Source of the DNA: a virus
IMG/VR virus record: IMGVR_UViG_3300028178_000001
Location: 1-64,000 of that record
DNA length: 64,000 bases
Direction: 5' to 3' (one strand)
The notes beneath the pieces were generated by a model, which did no database searches, was not told the origin of the DNA, and saw nothing but the letters and a program-made list of their open reading frames with translations. The number at the start of each line of letters is the position of its first letter. Position 1 is the stretch's first letter. Below, piece by piece: positions 29,803-39,992 of this stretch. Both the position numbers and the translations under genes were made by a program.

Positions 29803-30057
29803 ATGATTAAATGTGCGATGAAAAAAGCCGGGATATTAAAGTTCGGAAGTTGTCACACATTAAGACATAGTTTTGCCACGCATATGTTACAACACGGGAA
29901 TGATATTAGAACGGTGCAAGAGCTGTTAAGGCATAAATCAGTTCGTACAACAATGATTTATACTCATGTTCTAGACACAGAAAAGAGAAGTGTTGAAAGT
30001 CCGCTTTCCTATTTATCAACACCAAAACCATTAACAAAAATATATAAGTTAGCTTAG
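29803..30057 (+). pseudogene. intI: C-terminal fragment of an integron integrase
   Basis: '[42 protein letters not shown]...V.SPL' is the IntI C-terminus; in-frame stop upstream, no N-terminal two thirds; LGH changed to LRH. Confidence 0.8.
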
Positions 30058-30070
30058 CAAAGAAAAATAT

Positions 30071-31693
30071 ATGCCAAGATCATTAACCCTTTGGGGACAT
30101 CCGTTGCGAGCTTGGCAGCAGAATGTACATGAAATAGCAATCCAAAAAGTTAAAGCGAAAGCGCAAGATGCCTTGTTTGTCGCTACACCGGCATCGGGGA
30201 AAACCCGCGCAGCTTTGCGGATAGCACACAAACTTTATTTCATGCAGTACATAAAACGCATTGTAATTGTTGTTCCAACCGAGAATTTAAAGGGACAATG
30301 GGCGGAAGATGCACATCTTTACGGTATTGATCTTGATCCAATGGTAGCGAACCGGATAGGGAAGGAAGGAAGCGATTATCACGGAGTTGTGCTTACTTAC
30401 GCGCAACTTGGGATGGATGCGGATATCCATAAACATTTTACGGAAACTACAAGCACGTTGGTAATATTGGACGAAATCCATCATGCGGGGGAAAGTAAAA
30501 CTTGGGGAGACGCACTTTTAACAGCTTTTGAGAATGCTTTTTTTAGAGTTTCATTAAGCGGTACGCCATTTAGAAAAGATAATAACCCGATACCATTTGT
30601 TAAATATGTGAATGATGTTAGTGTAGCTGATTATGTTTATTCATACCAGCAAGCAGTAGAAGATAATGTTTGCCGGGCAATTTACTTCCCGGCATACGAT
30701 GGAATAATGGAGTGGCAAACAGACGGAACTACCTACCGCCATAGTTTTGAGGAACAGATTAACCAGGCCAGAGAGAGCGAAAGATTAAGAACCGCGCTTG
30801 ATCCATCCGGCGAGTTTATGAAGCAGTTTTTTCTTGATGCGGATAAAAAGTTAAATGAGATAAGAAGAGGCAATCATCCGGACGCGGGGGGATTAGTTTT
30901 GGCCATTGATCAAGAGCATGCGGCAAGGATTAAGAAGATGATCTTTGAGCTAATAGGGGAATCACCGGTTATTGCGGTTAGTGATGATAAGAACGCGAGT
31001 AAACACATCAAAGAGTACAAGCGAAGAAAAGATAAATGGTTGATCAGCGTAAAAATGGTATCTGAAGGAGTTGATATCCCACGTTTACGTGTAGGAGTTT
31101 ATGCAACTAATGTAGAGAGCGAATTATTCTTTAGGCAGGTTACGGGAAGGTTTATAAGAGTATTGGCACACCTTAAAAGTCAAGATGCTTACTTGTACAT
31201 TCCCAAACGACATGAGTTAGTAAGATTTGCCAGAGAGATTGAACAGGAAAGAGACCATGCGTTAAACACAGCAAAAGAGAAGTGGGATAAAGATTTATTT
31301 GGGAAGGAAATTGAACCAAAGGAAAAAGAGAAAAAGGACTTCAAAGTAATTTCGGCGGAAGTTACCGGAACTTTGGAAATTAAAACAAATTTTACCGATA
31401 AGATCTCTACAATGTTTGGTTTGCCAAGGGGAAAAGCCCAACAAATAGCGCAGAACGTTGTACAGCAGCCAACCGCTGAAGAGATACCGATATTTGAGAA
31501 GATAAAGACGCTTAGAAAAGAGATAAATGACTTAGCTATGGTTTACGCCAAGAATAGAGGAAACGGCACGGTAGATTGGCAATTAGGGCATAAGGATTGG
31601 ATTAAGCTTGGTGGGAGAAGCATTGAACTTGAAACTATGCCGGAACTAATGAGACGGCGGAGATGGTTGCAAAATAATTTGCAGAAAAGTTAA
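30071..31693 (+). CDS. SF2 DEAD/DEAH-box helicase (ResIII-like)
   Basis: 'ATPASGKT', 'DEIHH', 'SGTP', 'EGVDIP', 'QVTGR'. Confidence 0.9.
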   Translation: MPRSLTLWGHPLRAWQQNVHEIAIQKVKAKAQDALFVATPASGKTRAALRIAHKLYFMQYIKRIVIVVPTENLKGQWAEDAHLYGIDLDPMVANRIGKEGSDYHGVVLTYAQLGMDADIHKHFTETTSTLVILDEIHHAGESKTWGDALLTAFENAFFRVSLSGTPFRKDNNPIPFVKYVNDVSVADYVYSYQQAVEDNVCRAIYFPAYDGIMEWQTDGTTYRHSFEEQINQARESERLRTALDPSGEFMKQFFLDADKKLNEIRRGNHPDAGGLVLAIDQEHAARIKKMIFELIGESPVIAVSDDKNASKHIKEYKRRKDKWLISVKMVSEGVDIPRLRVGVYATNVESELFFRQVTGRFIRVLAHLKSQDAYLYIPKRHELVRFAREIEQERDHALNTAKEKWDKDLFGKEIEPKEKEKKDFKVISAEVTGTLEIKTNFTDKISTMFGLPRGKAQQIAQNVVQQPTAEEIPIFEKIKTLRKEINDLAMVYAKNRGNGTVDWQLGHKDWIKLGGRSIELETMPELMRRRRWLQNNLQKS

Positions 31694-31735
31694 TACATGT
31701 ATTGTTTTATAAAATAACATTTAATAAATTTGGAA

Positions 31736-31853
31736 TGAGATGAAACTAAAATTTTTAATATTACGAAAAGCCATTTGCCTTCGGGAAACCCCAAAGTTTC
31801 ATCTCACCGTTTGCAGATGGCTTTCGTGTTTTAAAAGGAATTTGAGATGAAAC
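31736..31853 (+). promoter_or_regulatory. C4-like antisense/attenuator RNA leader of HNH gene
   Basis: TGAGATGAAAC at 31736 and 31843 (second copy spans the ATG); its complement AGTTTCATCTCA (31795) sits in the loop of stem 31763-31778/31813-31827. Confidence 0.65.
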
Positions 31854-32494
31854 CTTTAGAAATCGGGAAACGATACGGACGATTAACAGTTATAGCTGAG
31901 GGTGAGCGGCGTGTTTGCCCTTCGGGGAAAAGCAGAAGGGTTGCTAAATGTCAATGTGACTGTGGGGAAATTATTGGTGTATCAATTTGGTCACTTAACA
32001 GTAAAACAAAACCTACGCTTAGTTGTGGTTGTCTTACAATTGAAATGATGAAAATTACAAAAACGAAGCATGGGCTTATAAATCATCCTTTATACAGAAA
32101 ATTAATGGGGATGAAAAAACGTTGCTATAATCCTAAATATGGGCAATACCATCGTTACGGCGGACGCGGTATAAAAGTTTGTGAAGAGTGGTTGAATGAT
32201 TTTATGTCATTTTATAATTGGGCAATGGCAAATGGATGGGAAGATGGACTTGAAATAGACCGAAAAGATAATGATGGGAATTATGAACCAAGCAATTGCA
32301 GGTTTGTGACAAGCCAAGAAAACACACACAATAGGAGAACATCAAAACTTAACTGGGAAGATGTGCACAATATAAGAAACGCTAAACTTTTGAATCCAGA
32401 GACAAAAAATACTGAATTAGCTAAAACTTTTGAAGTTAGTAGGCGCACTATTAACAATATTTTAAACAATGAAAGATGGAGAGAAGCAGTATGA
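31847..32494 (+). CDS. HNH homing-type endonuclease with C-terminal HTH
   Basis: 'GRLTV..CQCDCG..SCGC', 'RYGGRGIKVC', 'IDRKDNDGNYEPSNCRF'. Confidence 0.85.
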   Translation: MKPLEIGKRYGRLTVIAEGERRVCPSGKSRRVAKCQCDCGEIIGVSIWSLNSKTKPTLSCGCLTIEMMKITKTKHGLINHPLYRKLMGMKKRCYNPKYGQYHRYGGRGIKVCEEWLNDFMSFYNWAMANGWEDGLEIDRKDNDGNYEPSNCRFVTSQENTHNRRTSKLNWEDVHNIRNAKLLNPETKNTELAKTFEVSRRTINNILNNERWREAV

Positions 32495-35238
32495 AATTAT
32501 TAGGTCTCAATCTAAGAGGGAGTATCGGCGTTAGGAAGGGTATGGGTCTTGAAGAAATAGAGATTGATTTTACCCAATTTGGGCCGGGGCTAATTGCCAT
32601 AACCGGAATAACGGGGAGAGGCAAATCTACTATCATGGACAATTCACAACCATTCCGGGAGCTTCCATCAAAGCCCGGAACATTAGAAGAACACTTCGAA
32701 CTAAAAGATTCATACCGCGTGTTAAGGTTTACTCCGGGCGGAGAGAACATCTTCGAAACAAAATTATTAATTGACGGATTAACTAAAAAGAGCGAGGCCT
32801 ATCTTTATAAGAATGGTATTGCTTTGAATGACGGGTTGAAGTTGAGCTATGATAGAGAAGTAATAAAATTGTTTGGTTCGTCGAAGTTGTTTTTCAATTC
32901 GGTATTCGCAGCGCAAAAAACAAAAGGAATTTTTTCTTTAAAAGAAGGGGAAAGCCGTGAATTATTCTATGAAATACTTGATATTAACAACTACACTCCC
33001 AAAGAAGATAACGCAAAGAAATATCTCCAAAACGAAAAGAATAAATTAGAGGTTTTGGAAAATGAAATTAAGGTATTCACTGCTGAAATGACCGGTTGTA
33101 AGACTTCCAAGGAAGATATTGAAAGCAAGATTTATGCAAGGGAGGAATTAGCATCTTCAAAAATGAAGTGTGAGGAAAAGATTAATGAGTATAGGGGAGG
33201 GATTGAAAACCTAAACGGAGTTATTGCCGGGCTAAGTATAAAAATTGAACAGCAGCAAGAAATAAATGATCGGATAACAGAACTTACCGAGGAGATAGAA
33301 TTCCACAAAGAGAAGAAAGAACTTGAACTGGTTGAAATTGATGGGCAGCGAGATGCCGGACTAAATACTTTTGAATCTTCAAATGAATTTGATAAGCACA
33401 TAAAAGAGTTGGAGACGAAAGAAGATTTTCTGACCGGTGAAGCCGACAGAGAGAAGGAAGAAATAAACAGTTCAATTGTTGTTTTAAATAATGAGATCAA
33501 TGCAAACGATTTGAAGAAAGTCCAAATTGAGGCAAAGATTACCAGAAGTAAAACAATACTTGAGAATAAGGGAACGATAGCTATTAATCTGGATGGAAAA
33601 AAGAAATGGACGGAAGAAGCAGCGAAACTACTTGCAGAGGAGAAAGAGCATTTATTAGAAATAGGCAAATTGCAAGAAGGGAAAGAAGTAGAGGAAAAAC
33701 TTTTACAGGCTTTGCGCGAGAGTTATTCGAATACCGATAAAATAAAATCTCAGAAAGATCACCAACTTTCCACAATAAAAGAACTTATCACATCTTTAGA
33801 ACAATTGAAAAAAATCGGGTTAGATCGGCTAAGGGAAGAAATATCAACAATTGATAAAGTACCATGCAACGAAGTTATAGGACGCGATTGTATGTTCCTA
33901 ACAAGAGCGATGGAAAGCAAGGATACGTTAAAAGACGTTGAGGACGACTATGATAATAAAATTGGGAGTAAAGATAAGGAACGTATAGCAATATTATTGC
34001 AACTCGAAGGGACCAAAAAGTTTTTGACTGAAGCAGATGAGGAGATTAAAGCGAAAGAGGAATTCATACAAAATAATTTTACCAGTAAAATTGAAGCTAT
34101 CAATACACTTGTAATTGCTTTAAAAGAAAAGGTAAAAGAAGCGGCGGGAAAATTAGCCGAACTTGCAAAAACTAATTGGGATGCGCTTGATAAAGAACTT
34201 GCGGAGGCAGAAAAGAACGACGAGTTATGGCAAAGCGAAATTAAAAATTTAGATAAAGCAAATGGAGACAAACGCAAACAAAAAAATGATTTACAAGAAA
34301 GACTTGTTAATATACAGGATAGATTAAACAATAACTTGCAAGATGTGGAAAATCAAATACTTAAGCATGGAGAGTTATTAGAAAAAGAACGGAAGGCAAT
34401 CATTAATTTTTATACGGAGAAGAAAAACTCTACTTTCACCAAATATGAGATGCAAAACGAAGGGTTAAAAAAGGAATTAGCCGCAAACTTAGTGAAGATA
34501 GATACAACTCTTGAAATTCAAAAAAACGAAAAAGAGGTAATGTTGAAGAATTCAAGAACCGAGCTCGAGGCTGAAGAAAATTGGTTGAAAGAGACTGAAA
34601 CGAAATTAACAGACATGCAAATAGAGATAGCAGACTTAAACAATAAATTGATAAAAAAACAATATTTAACAGATACAATTGAGTTGAAAAACGGAGAACG
34701 GTTATTTGTTGAAGAAGAAATTAAGCAGTGGGGGATTATAAGAGAGGCTATGTCAAAAACCGGAATTCCGGTTCTTAAATTGGAAATTTCCGGATCTGAA
34801 GTATCGAGGCTTACAAATGAATCTTTGAGAAATTATGACAATAAATTTAGGATAGTTTTTGAAACAACAAAATACACTAAGGATAAGAAGAAGCAAATAG
34901 AAATCTTCAAAACAAATGTTATTGATGAAGACGGTATTTGTGATGTTCTAAATAAAAGCGGGGGGCAGAAAACAGAAATTGAAACTGCAATGCAGCTAGC
35001 GATAGCTCATTTTAAAAGAAGCCAGGGGCAGGTGAAAGTAGATACCGGTTATTTGGACGAAGGAGATGGGTCTCTGGATGTAGAAAGTGCAGGAAATTAT
35101 TTTAAGGTGATTGAGGAAGCTCACAAACGAAGCGGCGTTTATAACACAATAGTAATTACACACCGGCCCGAATTGATAGAACAGATTCCCCAGCGGATTG
35201 AATTGCATGACGGATATTTTGAAATAATTAGGAATTAG
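32491..35238 (+). CDS. sbcC: SbcC/Rad50-like SMC ATPase
   Basis: Walker A 'GITGRGKS', long coiled coil, central 'PC..C', signature 'KSGGQ', Walker B 'LDEGDGSLD', 'ITH'; start may be 32476 or 32491. Confidence 0.9.
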   Translation: MKLLGLNLRGSIGVRKGMGLEEIEIDFTQFGPGLIAITGITGRGKSTIMDNSQPFRELPSKPGTLEEHFELKDSYRVLRFTPGGENIFETKLLIDGLTKKSEAYLYKNGIALNDGLKLSYDREVIKLFGSSKLFFNSVFAAQKTKGIFSLKEGESRELFYEILDINNYTPKEDNAKKYLQNEKNKLEVLENEIKVFTAEMTGCKTSKEDIESKIYAREELASSKMKCEEKINEYRGGIENLNGVIAGLSIKIEQQQEINDRITELTEEIEFHKEKKELELVEIDGQRDAGLNTFESSNEFDKHIKELETKEDFLTGEADREKEEINSSIVVLNNEINANDLKKVQIEAKITRSKTILENKGTIAINLDGKKKWTEEAAKLLAEEKEHLLEIGKLQEGKEVEEKLLQALRESYSNTDKIKSQKDHQLSTIKELITSLEQLKKIGLDRLREEISTIDKVPCNEVIGRDCMFLTRAMESKDTLKDVEDDYDNKIGSKDKERIAILLQLEGTKKFLTEADEEIKAKEEFIQNNFTSKIEAINTLVIALKEKVKEAAGKLAELAKTNWDALDKELAEAEKNDELWQSEIKNLDKANGDKRKQKNDLQERLVNIQDRLNNNLQDVENQILKHGELLEKERKAIINFYTEKKNSTFTKYEMQNEGLKKELAANLVKIDTTLEIQKNEKEVMLKNSRTELEAEENWLKETETKLTDMQIEIADLNNKLIKKQYLTDTIELKNGERLFVEEEIKQWGIIREAMSKTGIPVLKLEISGSEVSRLTNESLRNYDNKFRIVFETTKYTKDKKKQIEIFKTNVIDEDGICDVLNKSGGQKTEIETAMQLAIAHFKRSQGQVKVDTGYLDEGDGSLDVESAGNYFKVIEEAHKRSGVYNTIVITHRPELIEQIPQRIELHDGYFEIIRN

Positions 35239-35605
35239 GAATTGAGAATTAGGGATAAAATCGGAATAAAAAAGAACGCGAATTACAAAGAGCAGCTTAA
35301 TAATACTAAGATATTTGCAAATGCAATGTTTAATGGTGAAGTAAAACTTTTATACGAAGTCAACAACGGAAAAACGGTAGCAGTATATGTGCCAAAAAAT
35401 TATTCAGAAGGGGATAAGAAATGAATAAGCCATTTTGTGGACACGGTAACCTAAGGTTTGTTTTGCTAGGGACATGTACTTTTTATGGACAACGGAAAAG
35501 TAAAATATGGGGATGCTTGGATTGTAATGCGCATGTCGTGTTACCAAGAAAATCTTATATCTTAATAAAAGGGATAGTCTACCCAGAATTCATGAAAGGA
35601 AATAA

Positions 35606-36223
35606 ATGAAAGAGCATCCGATATTATTTAGCGGCGAAATGGTAAAAGCGATTTTAGAGGGGAGAAAAACTCAAACCAGAAGAATAATTAAACCACAGCC
35701 GGACGAAAATGGGGTAATCTATATGGAAAATCCTCCGGTATTAGATTGGGAGCAAATTTATAATGAAGAGTGGAAACCTTATCAATACGATACTTTGGAA
35801 GGGGAAAGCAGAGCCGTTTATTGCCCCTATGGCAACGTTGGAGATCAACTTTGGGTTAGGGAGACCTTTAGCTTTAGAAACGAGTGTTTTCGTGGAATTT
35901 GTTATAGAGCTGATAGCTTAGATGTACCGGTTGAAACAAAGGCAAAATGGAAACCATCTATTTTTATGCCTCGCAAAGCTTCAAGAATACAGCTTGAGAT
36001 AGTTAATATACGAGTTGAAAGATTAAATAACATTAGCGGCGTAGATTGTATCGCCGAGGGCATTGATAAAGAATTATGCAAAGATTATAACCATGACAAT
36101 ATTTTTCTTGACGAGGAAGCGGCAAAAGAATATTATCAAGAGCTTTGGGAAAAGATTAACGGAAAAGAATCTTGGGAGAAAAATTCTTGGACGTGGGTGA
36201 TTGAATTTAAGCGAATTAATTAG
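35606..36223 (+). CDS. ASCH-like phage protein
   Basis: 'PILFSGEMVKAILEGRKTQTRR', 'WKPSIFMPR.ASRI.LEI' family signature. Confidence 0.75.
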   Translation: MKEHPILFSGEMVKAILEGRKTQTRRIIKPQPDENGVIYMENPPVLDWEQIYNEEWKPYQYDTLEGESRAVYCPYGNVGDQLWVRETFSFRNECFRGICYRADSLDVPVETKAKWKPSIFMPRKASRIQLEIVNIRVERLNNISGVDCIAEGIDKELCKDYNHDNIFLDEEAAKEYYQELWEKINGKESWEKNSWTWVIEFKRIN

Positions 36224-36422
36224 CCGGGAGCGAAGATGGATTTACGAAAGAAATTTATTGAAGACAATTTGAAGAAAGCCGAAATAAAGAAAGGCTTAAC
36301 TGAATGGGAAAAAGAACTAATCGCTTCGGTAAAGGAGGATTTGAAAGAAAACCGTTTCGTCTCGCAATGGAAGTATAACCATTTGGAAATATTAGCAGAA
36401 AGTAAGTAACAAAGGAGCAAAT

Positions 36423-37403
36423 ATGGCGGCAGATACAAAAATAGAATATTTAACAAAATCTTGGAACCCGATACAAACCATAATAAAAGGTGAAAGCGGA
36501 CAAGGTTATCACTGTACACACGTAGACGAAGGATGCCGTAATTGTTGGGCTGAGGGGATGAATGACCGATTTGGGAACAAACTTCCTTTCGATACGAAAG
36601 TATTTGAATACGAGATAAAGAATAGTGAGTTAGCCAAACCCTTTTCATGGCACAAACCGCAGACGATAGGAGTTCAATTTATGGGAGATTTATTTCATAA
36701 AGACATTCCATTTGAACTTATTTTCAAGGTATTTGTGGTAATGCAACGAGTGATAACCCAGCATGCATTTTTGGTTTTGACAAAAAGACCGGAGCGGATG
36801 TATGAATTCTTTTCTTTGCCAATGGATAGAATTGATCCTTTGTGGATGGATTTATCATTAAACAAAACTAAAGTTGGAGATCTGTTCTCCCACTGTAAAA
36901 ACATTTGGTATGGTACATCTGTAAATGATCAACAAAGCGCAAACACACGAATATCGGAATTACTGAAGATTAAAAAAAGATTTCCAACGGTGAAATTATG
37001 GGTAAGCATTGAGCCGATGCTCGGAGTGATCGACATTAAAAAATATTTGCACGAAGTGAAAGACGGTTGCGGTGATGCTCTAGGGGTTGATTGGGTAGTG
37101 CTGGGAGGTGAAAGCGGACCAAACGCGCGACCATTACACCCGGATTGGGTACGCAATTTAAGAGATCAATGCAAAGAGGCAAACGTGCCATTCTTTTTCA
37201 AACAGTGGGGAGAATGGGTGCCGGAACCGGATATACACAAAGGCAGAACTCTTTGGTTCGATGGTTCGATGGATACGGGAATAGCAAGCAAAAACGGAAT
37301 TGGTAGAAATGTAAGAAGAGTTGGGAAGAAAAAAGCGGGGCGATTGTTAGACGGAGTTGAACATAATGAATTCCCGGAAGGAGTAAATGATGGCAAGCAT
37401 TAG
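36423..37403 (+). CDS. Phage Gp37/Gp68 (DUF5131) radical-SAM-like protein
   Basis: 'WNPI..CTHVDEGCRNCWA', 'LTKRPERM', 'WVVLGGESG', 'FFFKQWGEW'. Confidence 0.85.
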   Translation: MAADTKIEYLTKSWNPIQTIIKGESGQGYHCTHVDEGCRNCWAEGMNDRFGNKLPFDTKVFEYEIKNSELAKPFSWHKPQTIGVQFMGDLFHKDIPFELIFKVFVVMQRVITQHAFLVLTKRPERMYEFFSLPMDRIDPLWMDLSLNKTKVGDLFSHCKNIWYGTSVNDQQSANTRISELLKIKKRFPTVKLWVSIEPMLGVIDIKKYLHEVKDGCGDALGVDWVVLGGESGPNARPLHPDWVRNLRDQCKEANVPFFFKQWGEWVPEPDIHKGRTLWFDGSMDTGIASKNGIGRNVRRVGKKKAGRLLDGVEHNEFPEGVNDGKH

Positions 37404-37953
37404 GAACACTAAAAAAGCAATTAAAAAAATAGAAGTTAATGACGGCGATATAATAATGCTTAGATGCAAAAACCCGTACATAATGAGACAATTTCAAAAA
37501 GCATTTTCAAAAAAAAGATTAAGTGAAAGAAGTATGGTTTTCCTAGTAAATAGTTTCGCGGATCTAAAGAAAGCTACGCCGGAGTTACTTAAAAGACTTG
37601 GATTGCGGAGAATTGAGGAGAATGCAGACGATGAAAATTAACGTATCAGATGCAGTTATAGGACATTTTTGGGAGGAACCGCCGGAAGATAGTTGGGAGT
37701 TTTGGGCTTTTGTTTGGCCGGTTAAGGCAAAAGTAGGAGACACAATATACTTCTACCACGATAAAAAGCTAATTGCGCAAGCAGTGATAGCAAAGATTGA
37801 GAAGCCCGGAGAAAGTGAATGCGAAGCAACCGGCAATTACCGGAACCGATGGAAGGTTTATTGGCGTCAAGAGAGTTTCGTCTGTTTAATATCTAAAAAT
37901 TAAAGACAAAAAAATAATTTGGATAATATAAAAAAACATATTAATTTTCCGCC

Positions 37954-38125
37954 GTCTAAAATTACGAACGGTAAACCCGCTCCGTCAACGCGGTACTTTT
38001 ATTTTAAAGTACAGAGCGATTTAATTTCAAGCCAAGACTCCGCTTTTCGTGAGAGAGCGGGTATCTTTCGTAGATATAGACAAGTCTTGGCGTTTTTTAT
38101 TTGTCTAAAATTACGAAGGTTCACC
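37954..38125 (+). ncRNA. C4-like antisense RNA element
   Basis: Direct repeat GTCTAAAATTACGAA (37954, 38103); near-complement TTCGTAGATATAGAC (38067) and GAGCGGG (38055, complementary to CCCGCTC 37976) inside stem GCCAAGACT/AGTCTTGGC. Confidence 0.7.
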
Positions 38126-38470
38126 ATGAACTCAACCCAACAAAACCCACTATTTGCGATCCGCAAAAAACCCGATCAGTCCTTCGCTTGTGTCCTTTCA
38201 GAAAAACTTGATGTGCTTGCAGTTGTTGTTAAGTGCATCGCCGACACCAACAATTACAACTTGGAGAAGCTTAATCATAGTCGTCTTCCCCGCGCTCTTG
38301 AGTATGCGTTCGAGGATTTTAATGAAGTGTTTGAGCTTTATCACTACGAGAACTTTGAGCTAAATATTCCTACGGAGAAGAAGCTGCTGGAGTTATCGGA
38401 GAAGCTAAACGAAACGCCATACAATATTATTGAGAAGATGCTGAAAGGGGTGCAAGATGAATCCAATTAA
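38126..38470 (+). CDS. Hypothetical protein downstream of the C4-like leader
   Basis: ATG follows the second repeat copy; the ORF-track extension upstream runs through the RNA structure. Confidence 0.55.
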   Translation: MNSTQQNPLFAIRKKPDQSFACVLSEKLDVLAVVVKCIADTNNYNLEKLNHSRLPRALEYAFEDFNEVFELYHYENFELNIPTEKKLLELSEKLNETPYNIIEKMLKGVQDESN

Positions 38471-39113
38471 TATAAAGATTGGGGATCGGTTTGGAAGGTT
38501 GGTGGTTACAGGAGAAGCTGACCGACACATAACCAGTACAGGCCAAATTAAAAGAATAATTAGATGCCAATGTGATTGTGGTAGGGATACGAAAGTATTT
38601 CTTTCGGCTTTAAGGAATAGTAAAATACCTACTAATAGTTGTGGGTGTTTACAAGCTGAGCGTGCAAAAAATGCTAATACACAACACGGATTAAGCCAAC
38701 ATTCTTTATATGGGAAGTTAGAGGGGATGAAAAAACGATGTTATAATCCAAAAGTAAGTGGATACCACCGTTATGGTGGACGCGGAATAAAGATATGCGA
38801 AGAATGGCTGAATAATTTTATGTCATTTTATAATTGGGCGATGGCTAATGGATGGAAAGAGGGTTTACAAATAGATCGAATAAATAATGACGGCAACTAT
38901 GAACCAAATAATTGTAGATTTGTGACTTCAGCAGTGAACAATCGTAATCAAAGTACGACAAAACTAACGTGGGATGATGTTAATGAAATACGTAACACTA
39001 AGCTTCTAAACCCAAAAATTAAAATAAATGAATTAGCCGCAAGTTTCGGGATAAAAAAAACTACGGTTTCAAAAATATTAAACAACAAAATTTGGCAAAT
39101 AAGATTAAAATAA
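38457..39113 (+). CDS. HNH homing-type endonuclease (paralog of 31847-32494)
   Basis: Shares 'GMKKRCYNPK', 'YHRYGGRGIK.CEEWLN.FMSFYNWAMANGW', 'KLLNP'. Confidence 0.85.
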   Translation: MNPINIKIGDRFGRLVVTGEADRHITSTGQIKRIIRCQCDCGRDTKVFLSALRNSKIPTNSCGCLQAERAKNANTQHGLSQHSLYGKLEGMKKRCYNPKVSGYHRYGGRGIKICEEWLNNFMSFYNWAMANGWKEGLQIDRINNDGNYEPNNCRFVTSAVNNRNQSTTKLTWDDVNEIRNTKLLNPKIKINELAASFGIKKTTVSKILNNKIWQIRLK

Positions 39114-39992
39114 ATTCAAAGGAGAAATAGTATGCCGTTAATTGAGGTTACGGAAAAACAATTTGAGTTCTTAAAGAACTTACAAAATGAGATAAACACA
39201 CAGGACAATAGGGCAACCGCAAAACCTTATTTCTTCCAGGTAAAAAAGACCGACAGGGTTTATGGAGAGAGTTTGTGCCAATCGGGTGGATTTGGATATG
39301 TCGAAAAGGATGAGAGCCAATTTTATGACGAGATACCCGATAAGGAAGAAGCCGGATATGAGGATATGGGTGATGACGAATATCAAGATCGATTTGAAAG
39401 AACGGAATTTCAAGAAATAGTTAGTTACGATAATTGTTTTTTTACGGAGAAAGCTTGTTTGCGGCACATTGAAGCGAACAAACACCATTATGCAAATGAA
39501 AAACCTATCAGGCTAACATATTTGAACGCAGCTTGGAGAAATCCGGAGATGGAAATGATGTTTGAGTTTATTTTGTCAGTAAAATTTAACGAAGAGGCTT
39601 AAAATGGAAATAGAAATAAATCCAGAAGAAACAGAAAAGGGGCCGGTTGGATTTATAGGCCTTAAAGCACATGTTAATGTATTTCGAGTTGAACCAATTA
39701 AAACAAAGAGGAAAAATATGATTGCATGGATTATAGAACTTTTGGAGGAAAGAAGGAAAAAGAGAGATCTTCTCTTCCATTCAGCGAATGTAATTGTTGA
39801 AAAGAAAATGACATTTACACAGGCAATTGATCAATTGATCTCGAGTAAGATTAAATACGGGATAGAGATACAGAACGGCGAACGGAAACTTGAACTATAC
39901 ACCGGTTTAGGGCGCGGTTCGTTTCTTTGGAATGAAGGGGGCGCGGTGTTGGTCCATTACCAGGTAAAATTAAATTAACGAAAGCAAACATT

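Noticed and set aside
30071-31693. Helicase as part of a type III restriction-modification or defence operon
   Set aside because: There is no adjacent Mod subunit or nuclease motif, and the context is phage recombination/replication.
37919-38125. N-terminal extension of ORF 37919-38470
   Set aside because: It runs through the C4-like RNA structure; ATG 38126 is the more plausible start.
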